A model generated the notes under the pieces. It did not search any database. It was not told the origin of the DNA and worked only from the letters and a program-made list of their open reading frames with translations. Made by a program: the position numbers and the translations under genes. Positions 53,891-64,000 of a stretch of 64,000 nucleotides of DNA are shown one piece after another. Each line of letters starts with the position of its first letter. Position 1 is the stretch's first letter. Source of the stretch: an uncultured Pseudomonadales bacterium (GTDB lineage: Bacteria; Patescibacteriota; Microgenomatia; UBA1400; PJMF01); contig CAYMSV010000003.1 of NCBI GenBank assembly GCA_964393205.1, forward strand, positions 34,608-98,607. The letters run 5' to 3'.

Positions 53891-55690
53891 ATGTCCCAAA
53901 TTCAAGAGGTTAAAGACGCAAACAACATTGTTGAGATAATTGGTGAAAAAATTGATTTAAAAGTTTCTGGTAGCAGTTTTAAGGCTCCTTGTCCTTTTCA
54001 TAATGAAAAAACTCCCTCCTTTTTTGTTCATCCAGAAATGCAGCGCTATCGTTGTTTTGGTTGTGGAGCTACTGGTGATGTTTTAGACTTTTTACAAAGT
54101 TATGATGGCATGACTTTTTATGAGGCGTTGAAATTTTTAGCAGATCGCGCAGCCATCACTCTCAAGGATTTTAATCGTACCAGTGAAGATGAAGAGCGAG
54201 AGCAATTGTTAGCTATTTTGAATTTAGCTAAAGAATACTATCACTACTTATTGACCGAGCACGAAGCTGGTAAAACTGCACTAGCCTACTTGAAAGATAG
54301 AGGAACCAACAGTCAATCGATCAATTTGTTTCAGTTGGGTTATTCTATGAATAGTTGGGATGCACTCATTAAATACTTGCATTTGAAAAAGAAATATCCG
54401 CTAGATCTGATTGCTAAAACTGGCCTAATCATTAAGGGTAGAGGTAATCGTTATTATGATCGTTTTAGAGGGCGCCTAATGTTTCCTTTGAAAAATCACC
54501 GGGGACAAGTGGTGGGTTTTTCTGGAAGAGTTCTAGATCCAAAAATTAAAGAAGCTAAATATATTAATAGTCCAGAAACTAGTTTGTATCATAAATCAAA
54601 ACTACTTTATGGTTATAGCGAACTTTTTAGAGAAATTAGAAAAGATAATAGCCTCGTAATAGTCGAGGGGGAATTTGATGTAATTTCTTCAGCTCAGGCT
54701 CACGTCAACAATGTTGTGGCTGTAAAGGGGAGTGCTTTAACTAAGGAGCAAATAGAACTTATAGCCAGAGTAGCTCAAACCATTATTTTGGCTTTTGACC
54801 AGGATGAGGCTGGTATTAAGGCCACTAAAAGAGCCATCTCATTAATTAAAGATAAAGAAATAGATTTAAGAGTTATTGATGTTAAATCTCTCAATAAACT
54901 TGCTGGTTCGATTGATCTTAAAGATCCTGACGATTTTGCTCGTCATGAACCAAAATTATGGCGCCAAGCTATAGACCAAGCTGTGTCAGTTTATAGTTTT
55001 TTACTGGATATAGCCCTAGCCAAACATGATCCAAGCTCACCAGACGGTAAGCGCAAAATTATCAATGATTTGGCTTTAGTTATTAATTCTATTGATCACT
55101 CAGTTGAAAAAGAATTCTATTTGCAGAAATTAGCAGAAAAGTTAAATGTCAAAGTAGCATTGATTAAAGAAGATATTGATCGCTTTGGTCAGAAAAAAGA
55201 GCAAAAAAAAGTAGTTAAAGAACAGAAAACTAAAATCACTAAAACTCATCAAGAAAAAATGGAGGAATATTTAATATTTCTATTATTTCAATTAGATGTG
55301 AAAGATTTTGAGGAAGAAGTTAAGAAGATTTTGTCCTTAAACTTTCAAACTCCTGGTATTTCTAACATTTTGGAAATTTTGTCTAAAGATATGAGTAGTT
55401 TTAACTTGGAAAAGTTTACCAAAAAACTAGCGGAGGATTTAAAGGAAAAGTTAATGGAATTTTTATTAAATCCAGAATTTCAAAAAAATATTAAAACTGC
55501 TGATATAAAAAAAGAATGGACTTATGCTTTGTCTCAAGTTAAAAAAGATATTGTTCATGCGGAGATTGAGGAAATTAATGAAGAGATAGCTCAACTTGAT
55601 AAGAAAAATAAAAGAAGTGAGGCAGAAGAAAAACGCCTTGATGAGTTATTAAATAAAATTATTGAAAAACAGGGTCAAATCAAAAATTAA
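53891..55690 (+). CDS. dnaG: DNA primase
   Basis: CPFHNEKTPSF...CFGC, KYINSPET, VEGEFD and FDQDEAG motifs. Confidence 0.97.
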   Translation: MSQIQEVKDANNIVEIIGEKIDLKVSGSSFKAPCPFHNEKTPSFFVHPEMQRYRCFGCGATGDVLDFLQSYDGMTFYEALKFLADRAAITLKDFNRTSEDEEREQLLAILNLAKEYYHYLLTEHEAGKTALAYLKDRGTNSQSINLFQLGYSMNSWDALIKYLHLKKKYPLDLIAKTGLIIKGRGNRYYDRFRGRLMFPLKNHRGQVVGFSGRVLDPKIKEAKYINSPETSLYHKSKLLYGYSELFREIRKDNSLVIVEGEFDVISSAQAHVNNVVAVKGSALTKEQIELIARVAQTIILAFDQDEAGIKATKRAISLIKDKEIDLRVIDVKSLNKLAGSIDLKDPDDFARHEPKLWRQAIDQAVSVYSFLLDIALAKHDPSSPDGKRKIINDLALVINSIDHSVEKEFYLQKLAEKLNVKVALIKEDIDRFGQKKEQKKVVKEQKTKITKTHQEKMEEYLIFLLFQLDVKDFEEEVKKILSLNFQTPGISNILEILSKDMSSFNLEKFTKKLAEDLKEKLMEFLLNPEFQKNIKTADIKKEWTYALSQVKKDIVHAEIEEINEEIAQLDKKNKRSEAEEKRLDELLNKIIEKQGQIKN

Positions 55691-55717
55691 TTTCATTTAA
55701 AATTGACTCTTGTTAAC

Positions 55718-55734
55718 ATACCCCCACAGGGTAT
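55718..55734. promoter_or_regulatory. CsoR/RcnR-type operator overlapping the -10 box
   Basis: ATACCC-CCACA-GGGTAT inverted repeat upstream of the CsoR-family gene. Confidence 0.7.
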
Positions 55735-55743
55735 AATGAAATC

Positions 55744-56010
55744 ATGTCCCTGAAAAAAAATAAACTAAGTTTATCTGGAAGTGATAAAACGCTTATTCAA
55801 TTAAAAAGAATTCGTGGGCAAATTGATGGCTTGATTAGAATATATCAAGAGGAACGTCCCTGTATAGAAATTGCCCAGCAAATTACTGCTGCTCGTAATT
55901 CACTTTCTAGAGTAGCTAGAGATATTTTGGGTTCAGCAGCTAGTCGTTGCACTAGAAACAAAGACAGTCAACAATTAGATGCTATTCTTAAGGAATTATT
56001 AAAGTATTAA
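55744..56010 (+). CDS. CsoR/RcnR family repressor
   Basis: LKRIRGQIDG...CIEIAQQITAAR...C. Confidence 0.9.
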   Translation: MSLKKNKLSLSGSDKTLIQLKRIRGQIDGLIRIYQEERPCIEIAQQITAARNSLSRVARDILGSAASRCTRNKDSQQLDAILKELLKY

Positions 56011-56029
56011 GTTAAAAAGAAAGGCTGTT

Positions 56030-56368
56030 ATGTCAGCACAACATTTAGATAACACAAGTTTTCAAAGTGCTCTTGATAAGGCAGAAACTCCTGTTTTTGT
56101 GGATTTTTTTGCTGAGTGGTGTGGACCTTGTCAAATGGCTGCACCAGTTATTGATAAATTAGCAGAGGAATATAAGGATAAGGTTTTGATTGCTAAATTA
56201 GATATTGATGAGGCTCGTGATATAGCTATGCAGTTTAATGTAATGAGCGTACCAACAGTTATCATTTTCAAAAAAGATGATGGTGGCCAAATGGTAGAAT
56301 TTGATCGTAAAATTGGTTTTCCTGGTGAGGATGCTTATAAGAAAATTATCGAAGAAGCTCTAGCTTAA
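56030..56368 (+). CDS. trxA: Thioredoxin
   Basis: WCGPC active site. Confidence 0.95.
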   Translation: MSAQHLDNTSFQSALDKAETPVFVDFFAEWCGPCQMAAPVIDKLAEEYKDKVLIAKLDIDEARDIAMQFNVMSVPTVIIFKKDDGGQMVEFDRKIGFPGEDAYKKIIEEALA

Positions 56369-56408
56369 AAACGTGATACTAAATTAATTATTAATAGATA
56401 GACTATTT

Positions 56409-57494
56409 ATGAAAAATTTAAAAATTGCTGTTATTGGTTCTGGTCCCGCTGGTTTAACAGCTGGTATTTATTTGGGTAGAGCACTATTAAAACCAGTTTT
56501 GTTTAGTGGTTTTAACATGGGCGGTCAATTAATGTTTACTAGAGATGTTGAGAATTTTCCTGGTTTCCCCGATGGGATGAGGGGTCCAGAGTTTATGATC
56601 AATTTACAAAAACAGGCGGCAAAGTTTGACACAGAACTTCTTCACCAACAGGTTACAGCAGTAGATTTAAGTAAAAAACCCTTTCGAATTTGGACTACTT
56701 TGCCCAAAAATATGGAGTTGGAAAGTTTTCAAAAATTGAGGGGTCAGGAATTATTTGAAGCTACTCAAAAGATCAAAAAAGAAAGTGAAGCAAATTATAG
56801 TACTCAAGTTTTATTAATAGCAACTGGAGCCAACCACATGATGTTGGGTGTTCCTGGTGAAAAGAAATACTTGGGCAAAGGAGTGGGATTTTGTGCGGTT
56901 TGTGATGGGGCTTTTTATCGGGATAAAAAAGTTTTTGTAATTGGTGGAGGTGATACAGCACTGGGAGATGCTTTAGCTTTAACTAGATTTACTAAAGAAG
57001 TAACTATTGTTCATCGTCGAAATCAGTTTCGAGCTAGTAAGATTCTTCAAAAACAAGTTATAAACAATCCACAAATAAAAATTTTATGGAATACTCAGGT
57101 TAAAGAAATAATGGGTGATGAACAAAAAGTGACTGGCTTGAAAATTTTAGAAACAACTAAAGAGAGAACTCTTCTTGCTGATGGTGTTTTTGTAGCTATT
57201 GGTTATCAACCAAATACTGGCTTGTTTATTGATCAATTAAAAATGAATGATCGATCTTATTTATTGACTTGTCAATACGGTTGTGAGGAAAGCATAAAGT
57301 TAGAGGGTAAATGTCCAGAAGACAAAAAGCAACTTGCTTTTCCCACGATGACTTCAATCGAAGGAGTTTTTGCCGCTGGCGATGTTACTGATTTTCGTTA
57401 TCGTCAAGCAGTAGTAGCAGCTGGTTCAGGAGCCATGGCAGCTATGGACATTGAACGTTGGTTAGAAAGTAAACAACACTCAAGAAACGATTAA
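56409..57494 (+). CDS. trxB: Thioredoxin reductase
   Basis: GSGPAG, CAVCDG, GGGDTA and FAAGDV motifs. Confidence 0.93.
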   Translation: MKNLKIAVIGSGPAGLTAGIYLGRALLKPVLFSGFNMGGQLMFTRDVENFPGFPDGMRGPEFMINLQKQAAKFDTELLHQQVTAVDLSKKPFRIWTTLPKNMELESFQKLRGQELFEATQKIKKESEANYSTQVLLIATGANHMMLGVPGEKKYLGKGVGFCAVCDGAFYRDKKVFVIGGGDTALGDALALTRFTKEVTIVHRRNQFRASKILQKQVINNPQIKILWNTQVKEIMGDEQKVTGLKILETTKERTLLADGVFVAIGYQPNTGLFIDQLKMNDRSYLLTCQYGCEESIKLEGKCPEDKKQLAFPTMTSIEGVFAAGDVTDFRYRQAVVAAGSGAMAAMDIERWLESKQHSRND

Positions 57495-57509
57495 ATAGTT
57501 TTATTAGTA

Positions 57510-58382
57510 TTAGTTATTTACAAATTTTTTGATGGCGGTCCAAATCTCTGGATTATTTTTAGCAACATTAAGGTTGGCTAACAACCAACCTAATGGATAA
57601 CCTCCGTCAAGATATTCTCCGCTAGGTTGATGAATAACAACCTTTTCAGTAAGAGCCAGTTGACTGATGGTGTCCGTGATATAAAGTTCTCCTGATTGAG
57701 GATTAGGTTGTTGAACGCTGATTAAATCAAAAATCGTTTTAGGCAAAATATATTTGCTGATATTAGCTAAATTAGAAGGAGCAGCTCCTGGTGCTGGTTT
57801 CTCAATTAAAGCTTGTAAATAGCGGAAATTATTTTCACTAGCTAGTTTAGCAATTCCGTAGCGATGCAGCATCTCTTCTGGTTTTTCAATGCAAGTCACT
57901 AAACCTTTCGCACCGGATTCTTCGAAAGTTTTAATCATTGCTGCCACTTCACTATGACCATTATGGTTATAGATGAAGTCATCACCCATTAGGACTAAAA
58001 AAGCCTCTTCATCTTTTAAATATTCTTTAGCTAACTGAACTGGTACAGCTGTTCCATAATTTTCAGCATCAGGTTGTCTGACAAAATGAAAATTGGCTTT
58101 TTGATGTAATTGTTTAATTGAATCGTAAAGTTCAAGTTTATTATTTTTTTGTAAGTATTGATGTAATCTTTGGTTTTCTCGATAGTAATGAAGAACTTGA
58201 TAATTATGTTCACTGATTACAAAAATAATATCGGTAATGCCAGCTCTAATACAGTCATCTACCACATAATCAATTAATGGTCGATCTAAAATTGGCAACA
58301 TTTCTTTTTGAATAGTTTTACTGATGGGTAAGAATCTAGTACCAAATCCAGCGCAAGTAATCACTGCTTTACTTATTTTCAT
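57510..58382 (-). CDS. galU: UTP-glucose-1-phosphate uridylyltransferase
   Basis: AGFGTRFLP..K...KEMLP and EKP motifs. Confidence 0.85.
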   Translation of the reverse strand: MKISKAVITCAGFGTRFLPISKTIQKEMLPILDRPLIDYVVDDCIRAGITDIIFVISEHNYQVLHYYRENQRLHQYLQKNNKLELYDSIKQLHQKANFHFVRQPDAENYGTAVPVQLAKEYLKDEEAFLVLMGDDFIYNHNGHSEVAAMIKTFEESGAKGLVTCIEKPEEMLHRYGIAKLASENNFRYLQALIEKPAPGAAPSNLANISKYILPKTIFDLISVQQPNPQSGELYITDTISQLALTEKVVIHQPSGEYLDGGYPLGWLLANLNVAKNNPEIWTAIKKFVNN

Positions 58383-58422
58383 ATTTTATCTTTGTAGCAT
58401 ATTTTTGTATAATTGTTAAGTT

Positions 58423-59007
58423 ATGCAGTTTATTTTAGCATCACAATCGCCACAAAGGGCAAGTCTTTTGGCCACCCTACCTTATAATTTTAAATTATTG
58501 TCAGCTGCAATTGATGAAGCAGCCATTTCTTTTAAAAATCCTAAAGATAAAGCCAAGCGCATCGCTTTAGCCAAGGCTGAAACAGTAGCAAAAAAAATTA
58601 ATGGAGAATCCATTATTATTGCTGCGGACACTTTTTGTTTATGTAAGGGGAAAATTTTAGAGAAACCCAAAAACAAATCAGAGGCGCGTCAAATGTTAGA
58701 ATTACAAAATGGTCAAGAAATTAAAGCTATTACTGGATATGCTTTTATTTATCAAAATGGCGAACAAAAAATTATTAAAAATAATAGTGTGACGACAAAA
58801 CTTCGTTTTCGTAAATTATTAAGGAGTGAAATTGAAAATTATATTACCCACCAACCAGTTTTAACTTGGTCGGCTGCTTTTAGCCCAGCTTATGATGCTG
58901 GAATGGCCTTATTGCTTTCTTCTGAAGGAAATTTAACTGCTTTTACACATGGTTTGCCAATTAATCTAGTAGTTGATTTTATTAATCAACAACTTCAATT
59001 AAATTAG
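58423..59007 (+). CDS. maf: Maf nucleotide pyrophosphatase
   Basis: ILASQSPQR, IDE, KA, AADT and EKP motifs. Confidence 0.88.
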   Translation: MQFILASQSPQRASLLATLPYNFKLLSAAIDEAAISFKNPKDKAKRIALAKAETVAKKINGESIIIAADTFCLCKGKILEKPKNKSEARQMLELQNGQEIKAITGYAFIYQNGEQKIIKNNSVTTKLRFRKLLRSEIENYITHQPVLTWSAAFSPAYDAGMALLLSSEGNLTAFTHGLPINLVVDFINQQLQLN

Positions 59008-59966
59008 GCATATATTACAAACATTACGCCAACAAACCAAATAAAAACAGTAACTAGCAGAATTTTGTCTTTTATCAAAACATCAACTGGCGCCTCGCCT
59101 CGATTTTCTTCATAAACAAGTTGTAGATAACGCATAATGCCAAAAATTACAAAAGGTAAAGTTAACATTAATAATTTTTGGGATTGAAGAGTGCGTGGTA
59201 AATTAATTACTAAATTAGGAAAATGTTCATAGAGTAAATGTAAGCCATCGCCTGGAGAATTTTGAAAGGCAAATAAAGCATAGGTTAGCCAAGTAGACGT
59301 TGCAAAAATACTAGTATATTGATCTAGTAAACGGATGCTGTAGGTGTCTAAGCTTTTTCTAGCAAAAGATAATTTGTGTTCAGTCATTAGAGTTCTCTCA
59401 CTTTGTCTTTTTCCAACAGCCATGAACAGAGACATAGAGATTACCGTTAGTAAAAACCAAACACTCATGTGTAAGTTGACTACCACTGCTCCTGCATAAA
59501 CCCTGATTAAAAAACCACCAGCTATGGAAATAATATCGAAAATAGCAATTTGTTTAAGATAGCTTGAATAAGCAAGTTGTAGGATTAAATAGGCAAAGAG
59601 TAAAATTTTAAAAACAATTGGTAAGGATAAACTTAACCAAAAGACCACAGCCCAACAAAAAGCAATTGCAAAAATGGCTATTGGAATTGCTAATTTTCCA
59701 GAAGCAAGGGGGCGATTTTTTTTGAAGGGGTGTTTACGGTCAGCTTCAATATCAATTAAATCGTTTAAGATATAAGTACTACTAGTCAGTAGACAAAAGA
59801 TAGCAAAAGCATAGGTGACCATCCAGAAGTAAGATGGTCCAGTTTCAGGTTTGAAAAAGAAGAACCCTGAAAAAACCAAGGAGGCATACAAAGCCAAATT
59901 TTTTAACCACTGTTTGGGCCTGGCAGTTTTAATTATTAAGAATAAGGTATTATCTGTGATTGACAT
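59004..59966 (-). CDS. UbiA-family prenyltransferase (decaprenyl-phosphate phosphoribosyltransferase-like)
   Basis: RPKQWLKN, NDLIDIEADRKHP.K..RPLASG and GKR motifs. Confidence 0.9.
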   Translation of the reverse strand: MSITDNTLFLIIKTARPKQWLKNLALYASLVFSGFFFFKPETGPSYFWMVTYAFAIFCLLTSSTYILNDLIDIEADRKHPFKKNRPLASGKLAIPIAIFAIAFCWAVVFWLSLSLPIVFKILLFAYLILQLAYSSYLKQIAIFDIISIAGGFLIRVYAGAVVVNLHMSVWFLLTVISMSLFMAVGKRQSERTLMTEHKLSFARKSLDTYSIRLLDQYTSIFATSTWLTYALFAFQNSPGDGLHLLYEHFPNLVINLPRTLQSQKLLMLTLPFVIFGIMRYLQLVYEENRGEAPVDVLIKDKILLVTVFIWFVGVMFVIYA

Positions 59967-61008
59967 TGCTTTTAAACTTATTATAAATCAAAAAAGCGAA
60001 GACAAAGCAACTAACTATAACAATGGTAATGATTTTACCGGTAGTGTTGAGGAATAAAGATAAAAATCCCAAAAGAAAACTACTAGCGATATAAAAAAGA
60101 CTAATGCGACGTTTTCCCCAACCAAAATTATCCATTAACTTGTGATGCAGGTGTCCACGATCTCCCCAAAAGGGTGATTTACCAGCCAAAACTCTTCTAA
60201 CTACTGTAAAAAGTCCGTCGGCACTTGGAATTGCTAAAACCATTAAGGTGGTTGCTACCTTAGCTCCAGAAAGAATGGCGAGCACACTTAAAAAGTAACC
60301 GGCCAGAGAACCTCCACCATAACCAGGCATAATTTTTTGTGGATAAAAATTCCAATATAATAAGCCAGCAAATGCTCCTGAAACAATTAGTGCTAATTGA
60401 GCCACATTAAATTGACTAGGGGCATCCTGAAAGCTATTGGCTAAAACAGCAATAAATAAACAGGCAACCATTACAAATCCAGGTAGTTGACCATCAACCC
60501 CTTTTGACCAATTAATAATATTCATGTTCCACATAATAAAAAAAACAGCAAAGGTACTGGATAATAACCAAATGCTTCTAAATTCACCAAACAAGAAAAA
60601 ACGCCACTGAGGCTGATCGAGATGAATAACTCCTGGACCAAAAGGGTTGCTAACGTAAGCTATACCGATACCAGCACCAACAATAATTAATGTAGCTAAG
60701 AGACCGCTTAATAACCTCCAATAAGGACTAATATCAAAAATATCGTCTAAAATACCAACTATGGTTAAAATTAAAGCTCCTAAAAAAATGGCAAACAAAT
60801 AACGATCAAAATTAAGAAAGATTATGGCACTAAAAAAAATTGCTAAGAAAACCGCTAAGCCACCACCTCTAGGAACGCTACTGGTGTGAGTAACTTTAAT
60901 GTGAGAGTTTTTTTTTGGATCATCAAGCCAATTATGTTTACGATAAAGAGCAATTATTAAAGGTGTTATGCTTAGGTTAATAAGGAAGCTAACTATTAAT
61001 GGCCACAT
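59950..61008 (-). CDS. MraY/WecA-family glycosyl-1-phosphate transferase
   Basis: PRGGG, GILDD, NFYP.KI..G and DRGHLHH motifs. Confidence 0.9.
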   Translation of the reverse strand: MWPLIVSFLINLSITPLIIALYRKHNWLDDPKKNSHIKVTHTSSVPRGGGLAVFLAIFFSAIIFLNFDRYLFAIFLGALILTIVGILDDIFDISPYWRLLSGLLATLIIVGAGIGIAYVSNPFGPGVIHLDQPQWRFFLFGEFRSIWLLSSTFAVFFIMWNMNIINWSKGVDGQLPGFVMVACLFIAVLANSFQDAPSQFNVAQLALIVSGAFAGLLYWNFYPQKIMPGYGGGSLAGYFLSVLAILSGAKVATTLMVLAIPSADGLFTVVRRVLAGKSPFWGDRGHLHHKLMDNFGWGKRRISLFYIASSFLLGFLSLFLNTTGKIITIVIVSCFVFAFLIYNKFKSNVNHR

Positions 61009-61011
61009 AAA

Positions 61012-61395
61012 TTAATTTAAAATAATAACTAATCTTAAAGAGACAGCAAAAATTAAAACTTGTAGTGCTACGGTACTTAATAAAAATACTTGCAAAATAG
61101 TTGGGTGAGCGTTTTTAAAGTTCTTAATAATTAAAAAATGAATGGTATTAATTATTGAAGCCAGTACAGGAAGAATTAGAATAAATTCTTTATTGATTAA
61201 TTGTTGGGTTTCTGGCAAAGAATAAAACAAAGGGATCTTTTCTTGAAGCGATGGGTAAAAGATCAACGAAAAAATTATGGTTAATAAATTAAAAATTACA
61301 CTATATAAAGCTATTTGGCGCAAATTTTTGGGCAAAAAAGTTAAATATTTAAACTTTTTCTTTCTACTAGAAGACTCTTTGAAACTTATATCCAT
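61012..61395 (-). CDS. Small membrane protein
   Basis: Three TM helices, IPLFYS motif. Confidence 0.65.
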   Translation of the reverse strand: MDISFKESSSRKKKFKYLTFLPKNLRQIALYSVIFNLLTIIFSLIFYPSLQEKIPLFYSLPETQQLINKEFILILPVLASIINTIHFLIIKNFKNAHPTILQVFLLSTVALQVLIFAVSLRLVIILN

Positions 61396-61426
61396 GATTG
61401 TATTATAAACCTTTTTCTTTAAGAGA

Positions 61427-63007
61427 CTATTTTCTAAGATAAAGGTTCATGTGTTGAAATTCAGAATTTATTAAATAGTTTTCTTTGAGATAGGTGTTTA
61501 AATCTGGAAAAGTATCTTGATCATTTCTCATAACCACTATTAATCGAGGTGTTTCCTCTTTAATTTGAGTTAGAGTGCGATCATAATCTTCAAAATCTTT
61601 AATATGAAAAGCTACTGTAAAGCGAGAGCTGGGAACGGTCTTGGTTTGAGCATAAAGCATGGGATTGGTTCCCCAAATAAAGATTTTTTCTAATCCCAAC
61701 TCTTCGATCAATTTTGCTACTTTCTGATTATCTCTGACTAGGCCATTAAAGTTATAGTCATATTCTTCCTTAGTGATCTGACCGCTGACCATTTTCCAAA
61801 ACTGAGAGTAATACTTACTTGTTGAATAGGGTCTAAAATTAAACAAAAGCATAATATAAATTGTTAGAGCAACCAAACCCAATCCACTGGCGATGCTTTT
61901 AAAATTTTTAATTCTATTTTTGTTTTTCAATTCAAGGAAGACCTCCACTAGCATTAGGGCAAATGGTGGAACCATTTGGATAAAATAGTGGGGATAGGGG
62001 CGACTAGACAGTAAACTTGAGTAAAGTGAGGCTACAAACCAAACACTAATGAATTGAAATCGTTTACTAAGTTCTTTAGTGTTTAAAGCAATGAGTATTG
62101 TAAAAGCAAAAAAGTATAAGGTTTTTCCCAACAGAGAAAAAGAAAAATTAAGAAAAGCGGAATTAAGGTTTAGTTGCCAAGATTGGCTATATCGCAGATT
62201 ATATAACAAACCATAATCCAAATAATCTTGAATAGAAGCAAAAAACTGATAATAAAGAATGGAAATCACAATTGGTAGCATGATGCCTAAAGAGAATATT
62301 AAAATTCTCCAAAACAACTGTTGCAGAGTTTTATTCCAATCTTCAAACTTTTTATTAATTGAGAGCATGTCTGATAAAAGTAACAAAGCAAATATGGCCA
62401 GAAAACCGGTTAAATCGAGTAGAGCAGGTACTTTGGTTAAAATGCCTAAGGAGAAAAATAAGCCTGAAACAAACAATAACACACTCTCTTTTCTTTTTGC
62501 TTTCGGCCAAGTGATTTTTTTACTAAAGAAATTTTTCCAAACTTTAGTGTGTGCAAATAAAAGTGCTCCTACCATCACGAAACCCATGACAAACAATTCT
62601 CCGTTAGGAATATGACCCTCCAACCAAGGTAAAGTAGTCAGCAAAACCATGATTAAAGTGGCAAGAAAGCTGGGTAAGTTTTTTTTAAAGAGTTTTTTAG
62701 CAAAAAGCCAAAAGGCAGTAGTTGTCACCAACATCCAGCCCAAATTTAGCAGACGAAAATAAAACTGATTGGGTACTCTGGCTAACTGATAAATTAAGGG
62801 GGTTTTGTGGTCGATAATTGTACTGTAGAGTTGACCACCTTTATTTAGTGCATTACCAATTGTTAGATAAATAGCTTCATCCCCATACCAATAAGGTTCA
62901 AAAAAGTTTGGTATTCTAAGAATTACGACTAAGAACAAGTTTAAAAGTAGAGCTGTTTGATGATCTAAAAACACATCAATTTTTTTAAGGGTTTTTTTGA
63001 TTGACAT
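61427..63007 (-). CDS. GT-C fold membrane glycosyltransferase
   Basis: DEAIY...DHKTP, E.F and YPHY motifs; many TM helices. Confidence 0.75.
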   Translation of the reverse strand: MSIKKTLKKIDVFLDHQTALLLNLFLVVILRIPNFFEPYWYGDEAIYLTIGNALNKGGQLYSTIIDHKTPLIYQLARVPNQFYFRLLNLGWMLVTTTAFWLFAKKLFKKNLPSFLATLIMVLLTTLPWLEGHIPNGELFVMGFVMVGALLFAHTKVWKNFFSKKITWPKAKRKESVLLFVSGLFFSLGILTKVPALLDLTGFLAIFALLLLSDMLSINKKFEDWNKTLQQLFWRILIFSLGIMLPIVISILYYQFFASIQDYLDYGLLYNLRYSQSWQLNLNSAFLNFSFSLLGKTLYFFAFTILIALNTKELSKRFQFISVWFVASLYSSLLSSRPYPHYFIQMVPPFALMLVEVFLELKNKNRIKNFKSIASGLGLVALTIYIMLLFNFRPYSTSKYYSQFWKMVSGQITKEEYDYNFNGLVRDNQKVAKLIEELGLEKIFIWGTNPMLYAQTKTVPSSRFTVAFHIKDFEDYDRTLTQIKEETPRLIVVMRNDQDTFPDLNTYLKENYLINSEFQHMNLYLRK

Positions 63008-63060
63008 AAAGCTAATTTTATCTGGAAAAGTGCTAACAGCGCAAGTGCCGTTTTTGTGAT

Positions 63061-64000
63061 CTAATTCTTCTCAGGATTAGAGACTTTTTCTGTAACTCGA
63101 TATTCCATGTATTTTCCAAACATCAGTCTAGTATGAGCATCTATTCCTGGTAGCGCACTAAAAAAGAAACCCACAAGAGGAATTAATAGGAACTCAAGTG
63201 GTTGAGTTATATAAGACCACAGATTCTTGTTAGGTCTAGGTGGTCTATTTTTGGCATCAATAATAAAAATAGCAAGCATTGATATCATAGACAAAGTTAG
63301 TAGTGTAGAAGAAACTTGAGGTAGCGTTTTTCCGATAATGGTACGACCAAACTGCTCATTGAGCAGTGGAGGTAGCATGGCAGAGACGGTAATAGCAAAC
63401 CAGTTAACGGGCCATAAAAAATGATCTTCAATTACTTTTAAAACTCTAATGCTTTTATCGATAAAAGGTACTCTGTCATTAAGAACAAAGTGACGAATAA
63501 TGTAGGCATCGTCACTCACTCCCCAGGCCCAGCGTTTAATTTGTTCATATTGGTTGCGCATGCTACTCCAAAAACCAGTTGATTGGGCGGCATCAGCATA
63601 AATAGGTAAGAAGATGGGTTCTACTTCAAAATCGCCATCTTTAGCAAAATAAGACTTAAAAAACAAACGATAATCTTCTGGAATAACATCTGTATCCCAG
63701 TAACCGATATCTTCTATATGTTTGAGAGAAACAGAATAAGTAGAGAAATTAATTAAACGATCACGTCTAGCTAAGATATAAATTTGCGTAACAGATTGAG
63801 TGGCAGCTAAAACTCTGATTGGAGCTGGTACTTGCCAGATATTATTATAAAAACAAATACCCGCTTGCCAACTTTTATTGTAAGGTTTTTTACTGGTCAA
63901 GAAACTATGTGTTAAATAAGAAAAATAAAAAGGATGCAGGATTGCATCAGCATCTTCACTAGTGATAGTAATGTTTTCTAGAGCTATACCAGCTTCATCT
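63061..64000 (-). CDS. Glycosyltransferase family 2 (5' end beyond the window)
   Basis: Frame is open to the window edge with an EDAD motif; PED and QIKRWAWG (QxxRW). Confidence 0.85.
   Translation of the reverse strand, partial: DEAGIALENITITSEDADAILHPFYFSYLTHSFLTSKKPYNKSWQAGICFYNNIWQVPAPIRVLAATQSVTQIYILARRDRLINFSTYSVSLKHIEDIGYWDTDVIPEDYRLFFKSYFAKDGDFEVEPIFLPIYADAAQSTGFWSSMRNQYEQIKRWAWGVSDDAYIIRHFVLNDRVPFIDKSIRVLKVIEDHFLWPVNWFAITVSAMLPPLLNEQFGRTIIGKTLPQVSSTLLTLSMISMLAIFIIDAKNRPPRPNKNLWSYITQPLEFLLIPLVGFFFSALPGIDAHTRLMFGKYMEYRVTEKVSNPEKN

Noticed and set aside
739-62615. Numerous short antisense or alternate-frame ORFs (e.g. 739-1074, 20674-21018, 25711-26259, 62259-62615)
   Set aside because: They are nested opposite well-supported genes and have no motifs

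Overview
AT-rich bacterial chromosome segment whose gene content (VirD4-like ATPase, sortase plus TPxTG substrate, many membrane glycosyltransferases, isolated argG/trpB, many apparently leaderless genes) suggests a Patescibacteria/CPR (Microgenomates-like) genome; this taxonomy is inference. Most of the window is housekeeping (typA, rarA, dnaG, trxAB, galU, maf, mscL) with three ordinary tRNAs, a cobalamin riboswitch and a trp attenuator. The most unusual part is 20.4-32.8 kb. There, three copies of a 24-nt tRNA-3'-end-like repeat bound an ~11.4 kb capsid-less element (large serine recombinase, TerS/TerL, ParB-methylase, C-protein-like regulator, HEPN-motif protein, Shedu) and a small two-gene cassette. 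The left repeat lies in a ~50-nt tRNA-minihelix-like RNA. The right end carries a complete tRNA body whose anticodon is split by a 34-nt hairpin, and a homologue of that hairpin stands alone at 38.2 kb. The two RNAs share a homologous promoter. Also notable are a ~300-nt multi-hairpin RNA before a GC-rich lipoprotein gene, and an almost identical trailer hairpin at the same distance behind two different tRNA-Ser genes. All calls are by eye, without database searches.
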